From Acidobacteriota bacterium (GTDB lineage: Bacteria; Acidobacteriota; Vicinamibacteria; Marinacidobacterales; Marinacidobacteraceae): a DNA stretch of 64,000 nucleotides. The stretch covers positions 11,061 to 75,060 of the forward strand of contig JAJEFG010000097.1 in the NCBI GenBank assembly GCA_022820545.1, in the 5' to 3' direction. Every line of letters starts with the position of its first letter. The stretch's first letter is position 1. The notes beneath the pieces were generated by a model. It was not told where the DNA came from. It did no database searches and worked only from the letters and a program-made list of their open reading frames with translations. Below are positions 18,510 through 26,435 of the stretch, one piece after another. The translations under genes and the position numbers were made by a program.

Positions 18510-19646
18510 TCAGTCCGACGCGCTCCCCTCCAGGAACGGCTCCATCGGCTCGGACCGGGGGCCGTTCTCGTCGCAGACCGCATAGCTGGAGCGGGCGCTC
18601 GTGTACATCGAGACACCGGCGTGCACGCCGGCCTTGTTGACCACGTAGAAGGACAGGCCGAAGGCCGGCAGGCCCCGGCTGTTCAGCAGCCGCTTCTCGA
18701 CGGTGTTGTCCTTGACGCGGGAGAGCGCGGTCATCGCGGCGTCCTTGGGGTGGGCGCCGCGCCGCATCTCCTCGACGATGAGGAAGGAGCAGAGCCCGTA
18801 GAGGTTGGCCTCGCCCCGCCCGGTGGAGCCCGCCGCGCCGACCGCGTTGTCCACGTAGAGCCCGGCGCCCAGGATCGGCGAGTCGCCGACGCGTCCGGGG
18901 ATCTTCCACGCGAGACCGCTGGTGGTGGTGACGCCCGCCAGGTCCCCGTTCGCGTTCAGGCCGTCGCAGTTGATGGTGCCGTAGTACTCCTCCTCGTCCA
19001 TCAGCCCGTCCCGGACCATGGAGAGGCCGGCGGCGTGGCCGGCGGCGGCGCGCTTCTTGGGATCGAGGTAGTGGCCGGGATCGATCCGGCGCTTCCACTC
19101 GAGCCACATCTCCCGGGACCGCGGGGTGTTCAGGTCGTCCTCGACCTTGAAACCCATGTTGCGGGCGAAGTGCTGGGCGCCCTTCCCGACCAGCAGGTGG
19201 TGGTCGGTGACCTGGAGGACCTGGTAGGCGACCGACGCGGGGGTGCGGACGCCCTCGATCCCGGCCACCGCGCCGGCGCGCCGGTTGGGGCCGTGCATGC
19301 AGCACGAATCGAGCTGGACCACGCCGTCGGCGTTGGGACGGCCTCCGAATCCGACGCTCGCGTCCTCGGGATCGAGTTCGGTGATCTTCACGCCTTCGAT
19401 CAGGCTCTCGAGGATGTCCTCTCCCGCGGTCATCATGCGGAACGCGCGTTCGACGACGACCTCGTCCCCGCCGTTCTTGTAGCGGTTCCCGTTCCCCGAG
19501 GCGATCACCACCGGCTTCGGGCCGGACGACTGGATCGCCGGCGCCCCGGAGGCCGTGGCCCCGAGCGCCGCCGCTCCCGCCGCGCCGACCTGGACGAACT
19601 GCCGGCGGCTCAGATTGCGGCCGGTCCACTGTGCTTTCTTCTTCAT
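18510..19646 (-). CDS. Tat-exported Ntn-hydrolase: N4-(beta-N-acetylglucosaminyl)-L-asparaginase / isoaspartyl peptidase family
   Basis: MKKKAQWTGRNLSRRQFVQVGAAGAAALGA is a twin-arginine signal. Glycosylasparaginase-like core (autoprocessing region GTINCDGL, TGRGEANL). Confidence 0.75.
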   Translation of the reverse strand: MKKKAQWTGRNLSRRQFVQVGAAGAAALGATASGAPAIQSSGPKPVVIASGNGNRYKNGGDEVVVERAFRMMTAGEDILESLIEGVKITELDPEDASVGFGGRPNADGVVQLDSCCMHGPNRRAGAVAGIEGVRTPASVAYQVLQVTDHHLLVGKGAQHFARNMGFKVEDDLNTPRSREMWLEWKRRIDPGHYLDPKKRAAAGHAAGLSMVRDGLMDEEEYYGTINCDGLNANGDLAGVTTTSGLAWKIPGRVGDSPILGAGLYVDNAVGAAGSTGRGEANLYGLCSFLIVEEMRRGAHPKDAAMTALSRVKDNTVEKRLLNSRGLPAFGLSFYVVNKAGVHAGVSMYTSARSSYAVCDENGPRSEPMEPFLEGSASD

Positions 19647-19720
19647 CGGTGTGCCCCTCACCCGCTCCTCGGTTCCCGGCCTTGCGGCGGCGCGGGACGG
19701 TTCTCCAAGCGGGAGCCGAA

Positions 19721-20773
19721 GTGTATTCGACACCCAATGGAGCGGAGCCCCGCCTTACCATCCCCGCCGTGCCGACCAAACCTACGCCGGCGGGGATCGA
19801 AGCCGCCCGCGCCGCCATTCCCCGGGAATTCCGGGACACGCCCCTGTTCGACTCCGCTGCGCTCGGCGCCGCCACCGGCTGCCGGGTCACGGTCAAGGTG
19901 GAATGCGTGAACCCGATCCGCAGCTTCAAGGCCCGCGGCGCCTGCTGGTTCGGCGCCCGGCGGGGGCCGGAGGCCGTCACGCGGCTCCGCGGCCTCCCGG
20001 CCGGGACGCCGGGGTGGGTCACCGGCTCGGCCGGGAACTTCGGCCAGGGACTCGCGTGGGCCGCCCGGCGGTCGGGGATTCCGCTCACCGTGTTCTCGTC
20101 GCTCCACGCGAATCCCGACAAGGTCCGCGCCATGCGGGACCTCGGGGCCGAGGTCCGGCTCGTCGGGGAGGACTTCGACGCCGCCAAGGAGGCGGCCCTC
20201 GCCTTCGCCGGGGCGACCGGGGCCGAATTCGTGGAGGACGGTCGCGAGCCCGAGATCACCGAGGGCGCCGGGACGATCGCGCTCGAGTGCGTCGAGGCCG
20301 TTTTCCGCGCCGACACCGCCCTGATTCCGGTTGGGAACGGTGCGCTCATCGGGGGCATGGGGCTCTGGCTTCGCCACGCCGCTCCGGAGGTGTCGGTGAT
20401 GGGCGTGGTGGCGCGCGAAGCGCCGGTCATGCGCCGCGCCTTCGAGTCGGGGGACCCATCTCCCGCGCGGGCCGCACCGGCCACGATCGCGGATGGGATC
20501 GCCGTCCGGGTTCCGGTACCCGAGGCCATTCCCATCATGCAGCGGGTCGTGCACGAAGTGGTGGAAGTCGGCGAGGGGGCCCTTCGCGAGGCGGTCCGCC
20601 TCCTTCACCGGACGCTCGGACTCGTGGTGGAACCGGCGGGGGCCGCCGGGATCGCAGCGCTCCTCGAGCATCCGGACCGGTTCCGTGGCCGCGCGATCCT
20701 CACCCCCCTCTGCGGCGGCAACGCCGACCCCGCGCTGCTCGGCGAAGTTCCGCGTGTCGGCCAAGCGCCGTGA
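19721..20773 (+). CDS. PLP-dependent threonine/serine dehydratase family enzyme
   Basis: PLP-lysine motif SFKARGA, glycine-rich loop GSAGNFGQGLA. GTG at 19721 is preceded by GGGAG. The track ORF starts earlier at 19631. Confidence 0.75.
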   Translation: MYSTPNGAEPRLTIPAVPTKPTPAGIEAARAAIPREFRDTPLFDSAALGAATGCRVTVKVECVNPIRSFKARGACWFGARRGPEAVTRLRGLPAGTPGWVTGSAGNFGQGLAWAARRSGIPLTVFSSLHANPDKVRAMRDLGAEVRLVGEDFDAAKEAALAFAGATGAEFVEDGREPEITEGAGTIALECVEAVFRADTALIPVGNGALIGGMGLWLRHAAPEVSVMGVVAREAPVMRRAFESGDPSPARAAPATIADGIAVRVPVPEAIPIMQRVVHEVVEVGEGALREAVRLLHRTLGLVVEPAGAAGIAALLEHPDRFRGRAILTPLCGGNADPALLGEVPRVGQAP

Positions 20774-20781
20774 TCGCGTCG

Positions 20782-20974
20782 GAGCGCCGGCCTCCGGCCG
20801 GCATCGCGCGGCAGCGCGAAACCTGCGCTGACAACGCTCTTTCCGTGGACGGGGCCAGGTTCCGCTCGCTTCGGGCGGCGCTGCCCCGTTCCCGGTTCGG
20901 ATCGCGCCGTGGGAATCGGTGGTGGCCCGCGTTTCGCGGCCTGCGGCCGCGATGCCGGCCGGAGGCCGGCGCTC
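20782..20974. repeat. Full ~193-bp type B element: unit (+) at 20782-20822, core, inverted unit at 20931-20974
   Basis: Same architecture as 12306-12502, but the core lies in the opposite orientation relative to the flanking units. The second hairpin of the right unit uses the stem GCGGCC/GGCCGC instead of GCGCG/CGCGC. Confidence 0.65.
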
Positions 20975-21032
20975 CGAGCCCGAGCTGTCCCCGTCATTTC
21001 CATTCCGCCGCGGTGCGCACGACGACACGTTC

Positions 21033-22778
21033 ATGACCGTTTCGCTGCGCGAGCAGGTCCCCCTGCCCGGCCGCTCGCGCGTTACCGGGAATCGCGGGGC
21101 TGTCACCGCCATGACCGCGGGCGCGGCGCGCGCCGGCGGCGGGATCCTGGCCGCCGGCGGCAACGCGGCCGACGCGGCGGTGGCCGCGATGCTGGCGGCG
21201 GGAGTGGTGGAGCCGGCCATGAACGGCCTCGGCGGAACCGCCTACGCCGTGGTGTTCGAGCCGGGGCGCGGCCGGGTCACCGCGCTCGACGGCAGCGCGC
21301 GGTGTCCCGAGGGGGCTCAGGAGGACATGTTCGAACCCCTCGAAGGGGTCGGGGGAGGGCTCTACGGCTTTCCTCCCACCCGGGGGGACCACGCCGAGAC
21401 CGGGGCGCTCAGCGTGCTGGCGCCCACGGCCCCGGCCACCCTCGTCGAACTCCACCGCCGGTTCGGCCGGCTGCCGTTCGCCGCCGTGGTCGAACCCGCG
21501 CTGCGGCTTGCGGAGGAGGGGTTCGTTCCGGACTGGGTCTTTTGCGTACACGTGGCCGCCGGCTACCGGCGGCTCCGGCTCTCGCCGGCGGCGTTCGCGC
21601 TCTACACGCGGGGCGACGGCCTTCCCTTCGTGCCCGGCGGTGAGGAAGACCGGCTGCGAAACCCCGAGCTCGCCGGCTCGCTCCGGGTGCTCGCCCAGGA
21701 AGGCCCCGAGCCCTTCTACCGCGGACCCATCGCCCGCCGGCTGCTCGACACGGTGAACGAGGCGGGCGGCATCCTCTCGGAAGACGACTTCGAGGCCGCC
21801 GCCGTCCGCGAGGTTCCGCCGCTCGACTTTGGCTTCCGGGACCTCACGGTGGCGACGCTGCCCGACAACTCCGGCGGACCCACGCTCGCGGCGGCGCTCG
21901 CGCACCTGGACGCCTTCCCGCCGGCGGGCCCTGCCGCTGGGGACGTCGCCGATGAGGTCCGTCATCTCCACCTGGTCGCGGAATCGCTGCGCCTCGCGTT
22001 TCGGGACCGCTTCGCGTATCTGGGCGACTCCGAGAGCGTGCCGGTGCCGCTTCCCGGCCTGCTCGATCCGGACTATCTCCACGAGCGGCGGCGGGGGGTC
22101 GCCCCGGACGGCCCCCGTGTCCATGCCCCGGCAGAGCCCCCGCCGCCCGGAACAGAGGAAGAAACCGGCGGTCCACCGTCCGGCGCACCAACCGCGGACT
22201 GCACGACCCACGTCAACGCAGCCGATGCGGACGGCATGGCGGTCTCGCTCACCGGGACGCTGGGGGGCCGCTTCGGGTCCGCCTTCGCCGCTCCCGGGCT
22301 CGGATATCCCCTGAACAACGGCATGATGTGGTTCGACCCGCGGCCGGGCCGCCGGATTTCGCCCGCACCGGGCCGCCGGGCGCTCCACGCCGCCGCGCCG
22401 GCGATCCTGCTACGGGACGGAGTTCCGTGGGCGGTGGTGGGATCGCCCGGAGGACGCCGCCTCATCTCGGCGGTGGTGATGGGGGTGACGCGCCTGGTGG
22501 ACCGCGGGGCCTCCATCCAGGAGGCGGTGGGCGGCCCCGGATTCCACGCCGACGTGGGGCCGCTCACCCTCGACGTGCGGACGCCCGACTGCGCGAGCGT
22601 CGCCCGCGGCCTCGAAGCGCGCGGCCACCAGGTACTGGTGCGGCGGGAGACGGCTCTCACGGGCCATTTCGGGCGGGCGAGCGGCATCCGGCTCTCGCGG
22701 GCCGGCATAGGAAATCGGCTCGAGCCAGGCGTGGATCCGGTGCGAGCCGGCACGGGAGTCGCCGTGGAGGCGGGCTGA
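21033..22778 (+). CDS. ggt: gamma-glutamyltransferase family protein
   Basis: N-terminus ILAAGGNAADAAVAAMLA. Autoprocessing/catalytic Thr region CTTHVNAADADGMAVSLTGTLGGRFGS. C-terminal GSPGG. The track ORF begins inside the repeat element; ATG at 21033 is chosen instead. Confidence 0.8.
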   Translation: MTVSLREQVPLPGRSRVTGNRGAVTAMTAGAARAGGGILAAGGNAADAAVAAMLAAGVVEPAMNGLGGTAYAVVFEPGRGRVTALDGSARCPEGAQEDMFEPLEGVGGGLYGFPPTRGDHAETGALSVLAPTAPATLVELHRRFGRLPFAAVVEPALRLAEEGFVPDWVFCVHVAAGYRRLRLSPAAFALYTRGDGLPFVPGGEEDRLRNPELAGSLRVLAQEGPEPFYRGPIARRLLDTVNEAGGILSEDDFEAAAVREVPPLDFGFRDLTVATLPDNSGGPTLAAALAHLDAFPPAGPAAGDVADEVRHLHLVAESLRLAFRDRFAYLGDSESVPVPLPGLLDPDYLHERRRGVAPDGPRVHAPAEPPPPGTEEETGGPPSGAPTADCTTHVNAADADGMAVSLTGTLGGRFGSAFAAPGLGYPLNNGMMWFDPRPGRRISPAPGRRALHAAAPAILLRDGVPWAVVGSPGGRRLISAVVMGVTRLVDRGASIQEAVGGPGFHADVGPLTLDVRTPDCASVARGLEARGHQVLVRRETALTGHFGRASGIRLSRAGIGNRLEPGVDPVRAGTGVAVEAG

Positions 22779-22812
22779 AGTTGAAACTCGGTTTCAGAAT
22801 ATAGACTTCCGC

Positions 22813-22843
22813 GCGCCGGGCGCCCCGCCCGGTTTTGTTTCTT
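22813..22843 (+). terminator. Rho-independent terminator after ggt
   Basis: GCCGGGCG-CCCC-GCCCGG stem-loop followed by TTTTGTTTCTT. Confidence 0.55.
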
Positions 22844-22885
22844 CCCCGGCTGGGTCTCTCCGGCCCCACCCCACGGAGTTTCCTG

Positions 22886-23638
22886 TTGCAGTTCCCCGTC
22901 CGCCCGTCCACCACCCTGCCCCTTCTCGCCGGCCTGCTGCTCGCGGCCGGCATTGCGATCACGGCCTGCGACGACGGCGGTTCCACCCCCGTAGCGCCAG
23001 CCCCTGCCCCGGCGCCGACTCCGGCACCCACGCCTCCCCCGCCGCCACCGGAAGCCGAGACAGCGACCTACCTCTTCGCCCAGCCGGAGGACCGCATCGG
23101 CCCGCGCCAGCCCGGAACGCTCCCGGAGGGAGTCAGTTTCTCGGCGGAACTCATTCTGGTGGCGCATGCCCCGGATGCCGGGCCGTTCGCCGTCGGCGAA
23201 ACCGCCTCTGACGCAATGAAGGAGCTGGTGGAAACCGGAAGTCCGGAAGCCCTTATCGAGTCGGGTGGGGACTCCTTCCAGGTCGTGGCCGACAGCCTGG
23301 GAGCACTGCTCCGGATCTTCCTGAGTCCGGAACCGTCGATTGAGATGAATCTTGCCCAGCCATGCCTGAGCTACGCCGAGAGAATCGAGCCGAGCCCGGA
23401 CTGGTTCATCGGGTTCGCCAACGTGTGTGCGACGGACGAGGACGGGCAATGGCTCGACATGATCGAGACGCAACTCCTCGCCTACGACGCCGGCACAGCG
23501 GCCGGAGATGAGTACGCAGACAAGGCGGACGGCGCGGACACCGAGCCGCGGGAGCCCATCGCCCTGCTCGACAAGCCGCCCCACTTCGTGGCCCCCGCCA
23601 TCGTGCAGATCCTGAGCGCGACCCGCGCCGCGGAATAA
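22886..23638 (+). CDS. lipoprotein with Pro/Ala-rich linker and Spondin_N-like domain
   Basis: A TTG at 22886 preceded by GGAG gives M-QFPVRPSTTLPLLAGLLLAAGIAITAC, a lipobox signal. Followed by APAPAPAPTPAPTPPPPPP linker and then ...LSYAERIEPSPDWFIGFANVCATDEDGQW. The track ORF start at 22835 overlaps the upstream terminator. Confidence 0.6.
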   Translation: MQFPVRPSTTLPLLAGLLLAAGIAITACDDGGSTPVAPAPAPAPTPAPTPPPPPPEAETATYLFAQPEDRIGPRQPGTLPEGVSFSAELILVAHAPDAGPFAVGETASDAMKELVETGSPEALIESGGDSFQVVADSLGALLRIFLSPEPSIEMNLAQPCLSYAERIEPSPDWFIGFANVCATDEDGQWLDMIETQLLAYDAGTAAGDEYADKADGADTEPREPIALLDKPPHFVAPAIVQILSATRAAE

Positions 23639-23649
23639 CTTCGGAGTAG

Positions 23650-23690
23650 ACCGAATTCGTCCGCGATGCGGTACGATTCGTTTTCATCGT
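23650..23690 (+). terminator. possible terminator hairpin followed by T-run
   Basis: Imperfect stem gaattcgtCCGCgatGCGGtacgattc followed by GTTTTC. Confidence 0.3.
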
Positions 23691-23741
23691 AGTGGAATCG
23701 TTACCAAGACGAACCCTTCGCGACTCAAAGGAGGAACCGCG

Positions 23742-24518
23742 ATGAAGACACGAAACATCTGGATGGGACTCGCGCTGCTCGGCGCACTCGTCTTGGCGGG
23801 CTGCGGAGGTGATTCGGGGACCACGCCGGCTCCGGCCCCGGCTCCGCCGCCCGCACCCGCGCCGGCGCCCGCACCGGCCCCGGCTCCGGAACCCGATGAG
23901 CCCACGATGGCGACCTACAGTTTCCCACCAGGCTCGGTGAAGGCGAACTATGGGAGCGCTGATGGAATTTTTGTGCAGATTCTCGGAGCCACGCCCTATC
24001 CCGAGGGCGCACGATCCGAGGAGGAACTCGCGTTCGTGGCCCATCCCCTGGGCGAAATGCTCTGGGCAGAAGGGGGCATGGCTTCCGAGGGTCTCGAGCA
24101 CCTGGCCTGGGACGGCCATGGGCACGACCTGGCGGAGGAGGCCGAGGACATGGGCTGGATGGTCCTCGCGGAGGACTTCAGCGCGGTTCAGGGAATTCTG
24201 CAGATGGGGGAATTCACCCTGAGTTCGGAGTTTCCCTGTCTCAGCTATGCCCAGAAACTGACGCCGAGCCCGGACTGGTTCATCGGTTTCAATGTCTGCG
24301 CCATGGACGAGGACGGCAACTGGCTGGAGACGCTCACGGTCCGGGCCGAGATGTACGACGCCGGAGTCGTTGACGGCGAGCCCTACATGGCGGTCGGCGG
24401 TACCGAGGAAACCGGTCCGGACACTCCGACGGACCCCCAGGAGCCCATCACCAGGGTGATGCTGCCGCCTTGGGACACCGACGCCGTGCTGGAAATCACG
24501 GCAACGCTCGCACAGTAG
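23742..24518 (+). CDS. lipoprotein with Pro/Ala-rich linker and Spondin_N-like domain (tandem paralog)
   Basis: MKTRNIWMGLALLGALVLAGCGG lipobox, with RBS AAGGAGGAA. PAPAPAPPPAPAPAPAPAPAPEP linker. ...LSYAQKLTPSPDWFIGFNVCAMDEDGNW parallels the upstream gene. Confidence 0.65.
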   Translation: MKTRNIWMGLALLGALVLAGCGGDSGTTPAPAPAPPPAPAPAPAPAPAPEPDEPTMATYSFPPGSVKANYGSADGIFVQILGATPYPEGARSEEELAFVAHPLGEMLWAEGGMASEGLEHLAWDGHGHDLAEEAEDMGWMVLAEDFSAVQGILQMGEFTLSSEFPCLSYAQKLTPSPDWFIGFNVCAMDEDGNWLETLTVRAEMYDAGVVDGEPYMAVGGTEETGPDTPTDPQEPITRVMLPPWDTDAVLEITATLAQ

Positions 24519-24629
24519 GCTTCCCTTCCGCGTTCGCCTGCGGCCGGGCCGGGGCTCCCGCTCTGGTGCGCCTCCGCGGGCGACCGCCTCCGGGGCCTGA
24601 GTCCACCCGGGCTTGGTCTCTCCGCCTCC

Positions 24630-26102
24630 ATGCCTGAACGCCGCCCGGAACCCGCCGCGGAGAACGAAGCGGCGCCGCCGCACGACCTTCCCCGCGTCGT
24701 CATCGTGGGGGCGGGGCAGACCGGCCGGGAGCTCGCCCGCCAGCTCGCCGGCGAGCGGCGCGTGGTGGTGCTGGACACCGACCCGACGAAACTGGAACGC
24801 CTGCGCGAGGACGCGCCGCACCAGACCTTCGAGGCCCTGCTGCGCGACGGCACGAGCGCGCTCGCGCTCCGCGAGGCCGCCGGCGACGGCGCCGAGTGGG
24901 TGATCGCGGCCACCGACCAGGACGCGGTCAATATCGAAGTCTGCCGGGTGGCGGCCGAACTGAGCCCGCGTCCGTCCACCATCGGGACGCTCCGGGAGTC
25001 GCACCGCACGGGAATGCTGCGGGCCACGGGCGCCGAGAGCATCGCGCGCCCCGGCGTCATCGCGAACCAGATCCGGAACCGGATCGAGCGCTCCCACCAG
25101 GTGGCGACCAGCCTCGGCCTCGGCCGCGGCGAGATCCGCGAGATCCAGGTGCTGCCGACGTCGCCGGCGGTGAACGTGAAGCTCCGCGACCTGGGCGCCC
25201 GGAAGTGGCTCGTCGCCGGGATTTACCGGGGCGACCGTTTCGTCGTCCCCGACGGCGATGCGGTGATCGAAGCGGGCGACCGCCTCCTGATCACCGGCGA
25301 GCCGGAAGTGGCCCCCGGCGCGGCGGAGTTCCTGCGCGAGGGGAAGTCCCTCTTCCCGCTCCAGTTCGGGAGCCACATCGTGGTCTTCGCGGAGCGGGAA
25401 CTTCCCGAAGTCGCCTGGCGGGAGGCCGAATACCTGTTCCGCACCTCCCGGGCGCGCCGGTTCCGGATCGTGGCGCCCGAGGGAGTGGAACCGCCCGGCG
25501 ACTTCGGGGTCCCCGCCGACCGCCTCGCCCGCATCGTGCCGGGCGACGACCCCTTCGCCGCGGCGCGCCCCGATGCCGGCTGCGTGGTGATCGACCACGG
25601 CGAGCCGTCCTTCCTCGCGCGCATCGGCCTCAATGCGGCGCGCTTTCTTTCCACCATGGCGCGGTTCTCCTGTCCGGTGCTGATCCCCGGCGCCAGCTTT
25701 CCGTGGGAGCGCCTGGTGATTCCGGTCACGGACGTGGAGGGCACGCTGCGCGCCGCGGACACCGCGATCGGCCTCTCGCGACAGTTCGGCATTCCCCTGG
25801 CCGCCGTGGCCGTGACCCCGCCGTCCTTCATCGGGCGGGGACTCGAGGGCGGCGCCGACGTGGCCTCGGTGCTCGCCGCCATCGAGCGGATGGCGGATCT
25901 CTACCGGGTGCGGATTCCCATCGTCCGCGCCGAGGGGAACCCCCCGCGGGAACTCGCCCGCCTCACCGGTCCCCGGGACCTCCTCGTCCTGGGATACGAC
26001 CAGGGACACGCCGGGTCGTTCTTCCGGCCGGACCCGGCCGTCCACATGATGATCCGGGCTCGGGCCTCGGTCCTCGCGCTACCGATCCCGGCGCACCACT
26101 GA
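24630..26102 (+). CDS. TrkA-N/TrkA-C (RCK) domain protein fused to tandem universal-stress-protein (UspA) domains
   Basis: Rossmann VVIVGAGQTGRELARQL, TrkA-C-like middle region, C-terminal Usp-like halves. Confidence 0.7.
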   Translation: MPERRPEPAAENEAAPPHDLPRVVIVGAGQTGRELARQLAGERRVVVLDTDPTKLERLREDAPHQTFEALLRDGTSALALREAAGDGAEWVIAATDQDAVNIEVCRVAAELSPRPSTIGTLRESHRTGMLRATGAESIARPGVIANQIRNRIERSHQVATSLGLGRGEIREIQVLPTSPAVNVKLRDLGARKWLVAGIYRGDRFVVPDGDAVIEAGDRLLITGEPEVAPGAAEFLREGKSLFPLQFGSHIVVFAERELPEVAWREAEYLFRTSRARRFRIVAPEGVEPPGDFGVPADRLARIVPGDDPFAAARPDAGCVVIDHGEPSFLARIGLNAARFLSTMARFSCPVLIPGASFPWERLVIPVTDVEGTLRAADTAIGLSRQFGIPLAAVAVTPPSFIGRGLEGGADVASVLAAIERMADLYRVRIPIVRAEGNPPRELARLTGPRDLLVLGYDQGHAGSFFRPDPAVHMMIRARASVLALPIPAHH

Positions 26103-26117
26103 ACGAAGGGCCGCTCG

Positions 26118-26433
26118 GAGCGCCGGCCTCCGGCTGGCATCGCTCCCCGGAGGGGAGCGAAACGCGCACCGCCACGGACTCCATTCGACGCGAGCCTCGG
26201 AGCGCCAGCCTCCGGCTGGCATCGCCGACCTCGGGGAGGGGAAAGGCACGCTGCTACCGAGCGTCATCCCGTGATCACCATCTGGACCAGCACAACCCGG
26301 GCCGCGAAGAGCCGAGCGTGGCCTCCGTTCGCGGGAAGGAGCGCCGCCGGCGCGGGTTTCGCGCTCCCGCGCGATGCCGGCCGGAGGCCGGCGCTCCGAC
26401 TGGCGCTCCGACTGGCGCTCCGGCCGGCGCTCC
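26118..26433. repeat. Composite type B repeat region: units (+) at 26118-26163 and 26200-26246, core, inverted unit at 26356-26396, then a 12-bp tandem repeat x4 (26386-26433)
   Basis: In unit 1 the first hairpin reads GCCGGCC/GGCTGGC, a G-U wobble. In unit 2 it reads GCCAGCC/GGCTGGC, a compensatory pair. The second hairpin of unit 1 uses the stem GCTCCCC/GGGGAGC. The trailing sequence repeats (t/c)GGCGCTCCG(a/g)(c/t) four times. Confidence 0.65.
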
Positions 26434-26435
26434 GG

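Noticed and set aside
22783-22797. Perfect palindrome TGAAAC-TCG-GTTTCA immediately after the ggt stop codon.
   Set aside because: It is short and lies between the stop and a clearer downstream terminator. It could be a protein-binding site but there is no supporting context, so it was not called as a feature.
12306-26433. Considered whether the recurring repeat units constitute a CRISPR array.
   Set aside because: Units are dispersed kilobases apart. They often occur in inverted orientation with a conserved, non-variable core between them. There are no regularly spaced unique spacers and no cas genes.
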